64,000 nt of DNA. Origin: a virus. How positions within the stretch are numbered: the stretch's first letter is position 1; every line of letters starts with the position of its first letter. The DNA is taken from IMG/VR virus record IMGVR_UViG_3300032245_001466, positions 18,938 through 82,937 of that record. One strand, written 5' to 3'. Both the position numbers and the translations under genes were made by a program. Below are positions 59,101 to 64,000 of the stretch, piece by piece. The notes below the pieces were generated by a model. That model made no database searches, was not told the DNA's origin, and saw only the letters and a list, made by a program, of their open reading frames with translations.

Positions 59101-62100
59101 GAGCGAGCGGCTGCTGGTCCAAGGGTAAGAACAACTCGAGCAAAGCTTGGCGAGCTGACAAAAAATGAAACCGGCGCTTTTGTAGACAGCAAGGGGCTTC
59201 CACTCGGATTTAAGGACAGAGGATTTAAGGCTCAGGGTATTCCGCCTGCCGGCGCTGGGGCCCTGGCAAGCTACCTTGTTAAGCAGGGGCTCATTGAGAA
59301 GCCAGAAGACCTTGTTATGTCTAAGGGCGGCAGGGGGGCAAAGCCGCTTATTGATCTTTCTGCGTCTAAGTTTGTAAGCGAGACCGCCAAGGAAATTGCT
59401 GGCATCGTTCAGGACGTTCGCGCAAAGGCAATGAAGATTGACTCGGCCACGGGAGGAAAGCTTGCCAATGCGGCAGCGGGATCACTTGCCGATCTTGTCA
59501 AAGGCAAGGGGTTTGAGAGCGGGGCAGCCGGGAAGAAGGCAAGAGAAACGTTTAACGCAGCAGTTGACGCTGCAATGCAAGACGCTACCGTCAAGCGATC
59601 GTTCACAAAAGGCGGCGTAAAGCAGGAGCAGACAGCTCCGGAATTCCTTAAGAGCCTACAGGATCAGGCGGCGGAAAAGGGCAAGGTGCTTACGCCTCGT
59701 GCGGCAAGGGCAAAATTCCTTAAGACATTTAAGGGCGATGCGGCAACCGCTGTTGCCTCCAGGCTTGGCGTTGACGTTGGGGCTGGAGCCGATGCGGGCA
59801 GCGCCATCCTCGGAAAGCTTACGCAACAGCAACAAAGCGCGGCAAATGCCAAGGCTGCGGCAAAAGTAATTGCCGACCTCAGAAAGCAGGTACTAGCCCG
59901 ACAGGCAAAACTTGGTCGACTTGCCCAGGGCCCAGAAATGACCAGAAGAAGCAGGGAGCAGTACGCACAGGCAATTCCATTCCAACAGAGAATGACCGCC
60001 TATGACCGGGCAGGGCTTCGTGGCGCTCCAGCTGTTGCAGCAGGTGGGTCTGCCCCCTCTGCGGCCATTGGCGGCCATGGGATGCAGTTTGTTCCTGGAG
60101 CTACTATTGCCATTCCACAGGTAGACATTGGCCCGCTTAAGGAACTTGCCTCGCAGATGGCAGAGGTTGGAAAGGTTCTTGCACTTATCCCAAAGGCAAC
60201 TATACCGAAGACAATGTCTGGCTCCGTAAAAGAAATTGCCAGCCTGATGCAGGTGCTGGCAACGGTCAAGTCGCCACCATCAGGAACAAATATCTCTAGT
60301 TTTAAGAAGCTTATTCAAGACCTAAATTCTCTTACTTCATCATTTGGCGGCAAGGCTCCAAACGCAACCAACATTGGAAACGTTGTTAATGCCATGAAGG
60401 CAGTAAACAAGATACTTGACGCACTCTCAAACATTGGAACAAAGACTCCTGCCAAGACCCTTCTTGAGAACATGCAAGAATTCAAGAAGTCGCTTTCCTT
60501 TATTCCAAAGATGTTTAGCACGCTTGGGAATATGGACTTTGCCGCCATCAGCAATATTGGCGCAACGATTGCCTCGACTAAGTTCCCAAGCCAGCAGCGA
60601 CTAGCGGGTATTAATGAAGCCCTGCTAATGATCAAGCAGATCTTGGAGACCGCCAATGGCATGAAGGGCGGCAGAATGCCAACCATTACTGGCGGAGGAA
60701 ATGTTGGCGGCGGCGGGGTATTAGGCAGGATAAGGGGTCGAGTTTACGCGCGGCAAGAAGCGCTTGCCCAAAAGATTCAGGGGCCTGGATTTGGCCGATA
60801 CGGTAGAAGCGACAGGTTTGGGGCAAGGTCTATCGATGCGGCTCGCGCAATCCCGCTTTCCAGAAGATTGGACTACTACGATCAGATTCGCGCCGGAGCG
60901 GCTGGCGGTGGTGGTCAGCGTCCTCCGCGAGAGCGACCAGTTCGGTCAGGCGGTGGTGGCAATAGATTTGGTGGCGGAAGACAGATTGCCCCAGCTGGGC
61001 AGTTTGGAATGCCACGTCAAGTTGGCGGCCCAATGGGTCCAGAGATTTCTGCCAATGGAGTAAGACAGTTCTCCAATGACGCAATGGGCATACTTGGTAA
61101 TCTTGCGCAGCAAATCAGGTTCGGTTTTACGCAAGAAGTTACAAGAGAGATTGCTCAGTCGTTTGGTCGAATACTTGCGCACCTTAAAGACGGCATTGTT
61201 AAGTTTAACTCAGTTCTTGAGACCGCAACAGTTGCCTTCCAAACGCTCTTTGAGAATGAGCAAAAAGCACAGGGAATGGAAGTTAATTTCAAGAAAGCAA
61301 AAGAAGAGGCCGAGGGGCTTGTTGAGCAACTCAAGAAGTTTGCTAACGTAACGCCATTCCGATTCCCACAACTTGCCGAATCGGCAAGAAGAATGCGCGC
61401 GTTTGGATTTGAGACAAAAGAAATTCTTCCAAACATGCAGGCAATTGGTGACGCAGTTGCGGCGCTCGGTGGTGAAGACGACAAGATCTTTAGAATTACA
61501 TACGCTCTTGGTCAAATGCGCCAAGCGGGACGCGTCTACCAAAACGACATGATGCAGCTGGCAAACGCCGGTATTGCTGGTTATGACATTCTCTCAAAGG
61601 CACTCCTTCAAGACTTTGTCAAGCTTGGGCAGCTAAGCCTTAGCTACAACGGCACAATTATTGACAAGACAACCATTCAAACAGAAGAAGGCTATAACAA
61701 GCTTGTTGCGGCAGTAAACGCAGCAACAAACGATGCAACAAGGGGCCAGGTAAAGATTGTTAAATCAACAAGCTCTGAAATTGCCAATATTTTTGATAGG
61801 GTCTCAAAAGATCCAATTGAGGCAATCCGTGACCTAACGCAAAGCGGACAGATTGCCGGTGGTGCCGCATCTAGCGCAATTATTGAGGGACTTGGGCAGG
61901 AATACGGCGGCGGCATGAGAAAGCTGTCGAAGACGTTTGAGGGAGCGTTCTCAACGCTTTCTGACGTCACCCAGGCGTTCGTGGCGGATATTACAAGACC
62001 AGTGTTCGAGTCTATTAGAAATGAAATGATTGATCTTGGAACATTCCTTCAGTCAATGTTTGTTTCTAACATTGTCAAAAATGTGGCAAAAGGGTTTAGC

Positions 62101-64000
62101 AAGATTGTCGGTCCGGTTCAGGAAGTAATTGGATCTCTCTACAGTGCAATTACCTCAGTTGTAACTGGCCTTGTAAAGCTTTTTGGCGAAGTCAGTGGTG
62201 CATTTAGTTTAATGGATAATGTCACTACAAAATTTGTTGGAGGATTTAAGCAGGTTACCTATACATTTAGCAAGGCAAAAGGCGCAGGGCAGGAGTTTAT
62301 TACAAGAATCGGTGGCGGTCTAAAGATTATTGCTGATTTGATGCAATTCCCACTTGCCAAGGGAATTGCTGGAGCAATTGTTGGATTTAAGCTTCTCAGT
62401 GCGGCGTGGAACATGAATCCAATGCTGCTAACAATGACAGCAATTACAGTTGGGCTAACGTACTTAAGAGACTTCCTATCAAGCGATATCGGAAAGCCAT
62501 TTGCCGCCTCTCTTTCTGGGGCAGCCGCATCGTTGAGCGCGCTTGCTAGAAACTTTAAGCAGCAAATATTGCCAGTGCTTGAAAAGATCATGATTGGCAT
62601 TGGTGGCGATTTTGTCGTTGGGCTGGTTGCATCTATCACTTTAATGATACCAATACTTAAGCAGATTCTAGTTTTGTTCAACTCGATCCTAGAGGTCATG
62701 AATGCAGTCCCATTCCTTCCGCAGGTAATGGGTCTTCTCCTTGGTCTTTCTTTGCTAAGAAAGATGACTGCGCCATTTGGGAAAATGATTATGGGCGTGC
62801 CAGCAGGTATGGATGTTCGTGGAAACCCAATTCCGGCTACTAAGGGTCTTCTTGGCACGCTTGAATCAACAGTAAGAACTATCACCGCAAAATTGCTTCC
62901 AAGAACAACACTTATTAATCGCGCCCCAACTGAGGCACTGCAAAGACTTACCCCTCAGGTTCCGGCCGGAACGCTTGGGCCACTTGGCAGGCCATCTGGC
63001 TTTGGTGCCGTGGCCGGCGGTATTGAGAAGGTTCTTGTTCAACCAGCGCAAAAGAAGATGCTTTCAAGCCAAATGCTCAAGCAACTTCTTGGCAGCGGAA
63101 CCATTAATCAAACTGAATACGAAGCGGCGATGGCGGCAAGAAGGGCTGCTGCGGAGGCTGCGGCCAGAGCAGGAACTGGCCCTGGTGGAATCAGTGGACT
63201 TCGTGAGCTTGCAAGAACTGGTGGCGGAACCAAGGCAGCTCTGAAAGCTCTTGGTGGCTCGTTTGCCGACCCAACACTTAATACAACTGTAAGAATTAAC
63301 TCCCTGGTCGAGGCAATTAAGGGGATGTTTAAGGCATTTAGAAATCTAAACCTTGTTATTGGAAGCATCAACAAGGTAAAGATTGCTGGAAATGCTATTG
63401 GCAATATATTTAAATCTATTGGTCTTGCTGCAAAGTCAATTCCAAAAGCAGCACTAAGCGGAATCAATCGACTTATGAAGTCGTTTGTTCTTGCGGCAGC
63501 TTTGAAGTTTAATTCCTCTGTCTTTAGCCTTGTTCCAAAAGTATTTGTGCCGTTTATGGACACAGTCAAAACCATGGGGCCAAGGGGGACTGGTGGCGAT
63601 CTTATTGGCTCGGTAAGAAGAGCCGCATCTGCGGGGGTAAGCAGGGCGGGAAGGCTTTCTCTTGCTGGGGCTCAGGTTCCATTCGCGATGCCAAGAAGCG
63701 GCGTAACTGGCGGCCCGCTTGGATATCTAGTCAGAGCAATTCGCGGCCTTCGGCCGAATAGGCTTCCGTTTGAGGCGCCAGGTGGCGTGGCGACATCAAT
63801 TGCCCAGAGAATCAGACCGCAAGCACTTGGCGGCTCTCCATCGATGTACGGGGTATCTATCTTCAAGGTAATTCAGGAAAGAATTAAGTATCTGACCATG
63901 AAGGTCAGCGACACGGCTGGACTATACGCTGCAAGAATAACAACAACGTTTGAGAGATCGTTCATGGCGTTCCACAGGATGATGATTCGCCTTGCCGGAG
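56116..64000 (+). CDS. giant tape measure protein (>2600 aa, runs off the window)
   Basis: ATG 56116, apparently open to the end (absent from the ORF track, consistent with no stop); tape-measure motif FANVTPF...AFGF...IGDAVAA...ALGQM...QLANAGI at ~61330-61580. Confidence 0.85.
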   Translation, partial: MAEDQVKLSEILEDIRGAFYGEILDDPKTGNLPAASINKIVSALMSEAGLTGNSKSTATAALEFLEGRKSLTIGGKPFNSQKQESVRRQVLENNEGAIDALQKKTLSVSQVRAASQQALLDRYLSRLASLGIDAKRVDLVKAIKESGDLRGVLKKAIAKDEKGMLTKHEYEIAENDFIETFVASQLRSKLSPPKPRKYASKQAKSSGTVSPAYLKADAESKAVNSILGELGFATSGNIAGGITRGVALKIRSISMSDPETASMLLSMLTYDSRGKPRSSKDIAGFKSDWVKVVNAVSRTSVGSVEERITEALIELGDSAKRWAATKNLPFVPVFNKKGAVDIEATLAGYREGSKEYKALYKLASTLTLPQAEEAVSKVKTKRSTRAAADAERSRRKLERLQKQSDKRQAEADRASSVSAAVSSAKRIRKSLGITGSKTPQQFLATQEARLREIKASLSRAVGKDNAISDLKERQALADEAAEIGKTIEKLVTLSGVFSGVRLKPGERQTARDLGVKISAKKLESLGNLITVASDPFSTSLTLSDQEQIKVTKRIQTVLSAAGIKLSQQEAELILGSGSVMAIDEAAAARIFTAAKDSAKDIRAALDQVKTELGIGTSSREKAVTKAQDLALTKILKDAKSKNSPLNQYQEFAQRYIKAAQEEYASLDPSDEAGRLRLTAQFTRSLYELVRGERRLLSSIFGHSISPEKHQELTKFGGDLVRVVAETGPNLYVSVNKSKTGGLAGDSARSSGMSASGMLALGLLAKDPRILKGTSYQAIRDAAESILPGYRDIAAVVSGKATISKGKIVTAEEVARKRSEAKSTKDKEALETIRKILAGDKAAFTDPKEMLKLVSYISSARGGKLTATNFIQSLLQKASDQGKLGASAGDLSKLAGLFKMGADGSIAGPGPKALMGAGGVGLVQLADSLRKVLDPKGGDVSDVGKALGATITKSFLEGGDLFKKVATKNLEKTLTDAATETAAKLEKSQAARTKREERAAAGPRVRTTRAKLGELTKNETGAFVDSKGLPLGFKDRGFKAQGIPPAGAGALASYLVKQGLIEKPEDLVMSKGGRGAKPLIDLSASKFVSETAKEIAGIVQDVRAKAMKIDSATGGKLANAAAGSLADLVKGKGFESGAAGKKARETFNAAVDAAMQDATVKRSFTKGGVKQEQTAPEFLKSLQDQAAEKGKVLTPRAARAKFLKTFKGDAATAVASRLGVDVGAGADAGSAILGKLTQQQQSAANAKAAAKVIADLRKQVLARQAKLGRLAQGPEMTRRSREQYAQAIPFQQRMTAYDRAGLRGAPAVAAGGSAPSAAIGGHGMQFVPGATIAIPQVDIGPLKELASQMAEVGKVLALIPKATIPKTMSGSVKEIASLMQVLATVKSPPSGTNISSFKKLIQDLNSLTSSFGGKAPNATNIGNVVNAMKAVNKILDALSNIGTKTPAKTLLENMQEFKKSLSFIPKMFSTLGNMDFAAISNIGATIASTKFPSQQRLAGINEALLMIKQILETANGMKGGRMPTITGGGNVGGGGVLGRIRGRVYARQEALAQKIQGPGFGRYGRSDRFGARSIDAARAIPLSRRLDYYDQIRAGAAGGGGQRPPRERPVRSGGGGNRFGGGRQIAPAGQFGMPRQVGGPMGPEISANGVRQFSNDAMGILGNLAQQIRFGFTQEVTREIAQSFGRILAHLKDGIVKFNSVLETATVAFQTLFENEQKAQGMEVNFKKAKEEAEGLVEQLKKFANVTPFRFPQLAESARRMRAFGFETKEILPNMQAIGDAVAALGGEDDKIFRITYALGQMRQAGRVYQNDMMQLANAGIAGYDILSKALLQDFVKLGQLSLSYNGTIIDKTTIQTEEGYNKLVAAVNAATNDATRGQVKIVKSTSSEIANIFDRVSKDPIEAIRDLTQSGQIAGGAASSAIIEGLGQEYGGGMRKLSKTFEGAFSTLSDVTQAFVADITRPVFESIRNEMIDLGTFLQSMFVSNIVKNVAKGFSKIVGPVQEVIGSLYSAITSVVTGLVKLFGEVSGAFSLMDNVTTKFVGGFKQVTYTFSKAKGAGQEFITRIGGGLKIIADLMQFPLAKGIAGAIVGFKLLSAAWNMNPMLLTMTAITVGLTYLRDFLSSDIGKPFAASLSGAAASLSALARNFKQQILPVLEKIMIGIGGDFVVGLVASITLMIPILKQILVLFNSILEVMNAVPFLPQVMGLLLGLSLLRKMTAPFGKMIMGVPAGMDVRGNPIPATKGLLGTLESTVRTITAKLLPRTTLINRAPTEALQRLTPQVPAGTLGPLGRPSGFGAVAGGIEKVLVQPAQKKMLSSQMLKQLLGSGTINQTEYEAAMAARRAAAEAAARAGTGPGGISGLRELARTGGGTKAALKALGGSFADPTLNTTVRINSLVEAIKGMFKAFRNLNLVIGSINKVKIAGNAIGNIFKSIGLAAKSIPKAALSGINRLMKSFVLAAALKFNSSVFSLVPKVFVPFMDTVKTMGPRGTGGDLIGSVRRAASAGVSRAGRLSLAGAQVPFAMPRSGVTGGPLGYLVRAIRGLRPNRLPFEAPGGVATSIAQRIRPQALGGSPSMYGVSIFKVIQERIKYLTMKVSDTAGLYAARITTTFERSFMAFHRMMIRLAG

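Noticed and set aside
56460-63866. Many short ORFs on both strands in the ORF track
   Set aside because: They are shadows of the single long + frame from 56116, which the track omits because it has no stop in the window.
1-64000. Stop-codon reassignment or a host assignment
   Set aside because: Recognisable genes are intact under the standard code, and the sequence alone gave no reliable host marker.

Overview
A 64-kb segment of a tailed dsDNA phage, probably siphovirus-like. It reads as four blocks. (1) 0.3-10 kb (+): recombination/replication module (HNH, XRE-HTH, Rad52/Sak-like annealing protein, PD-(D/E)XK exonuclease, initiator, DnaC-like ATPase, RusA, SSB, MazG, glycosyltransferase). 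(2) 10.2-26.5 kb: a convergent array of about 27 self-contained mini transcription units, each preceded by a fixed-length palindromic DNA element whose stem sequence changes between copies but keeps its pairing. The left arm has 12 + strand genes with a 26-bp element every ~530 bp; the right arm has ~15 - strand units with a 38-bp GTTCTA...AAC element. (3) 26.6-42.8 kb: accessory genes (stand-alone sigma70 region 4 protein, tRNA-Ile(UAU), tRNA-Arg(UCU), thioredoxin, two ParB-like proteins, sugar-modifying enzymes, a GNA-triloop hairpin cluster) and inverted terminase genes. (4) 42.9-64 kb (+): tail fibre/Gly-rich genes, tail terminator, major tail protein, frameshifted chaperone and a >2600-aa tape measure ORF running off the window. 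The cassette array and its structure-conserved elements are the best candidate for an undescribed system. All family calls come from motifs recognised by eye; no searches were run.
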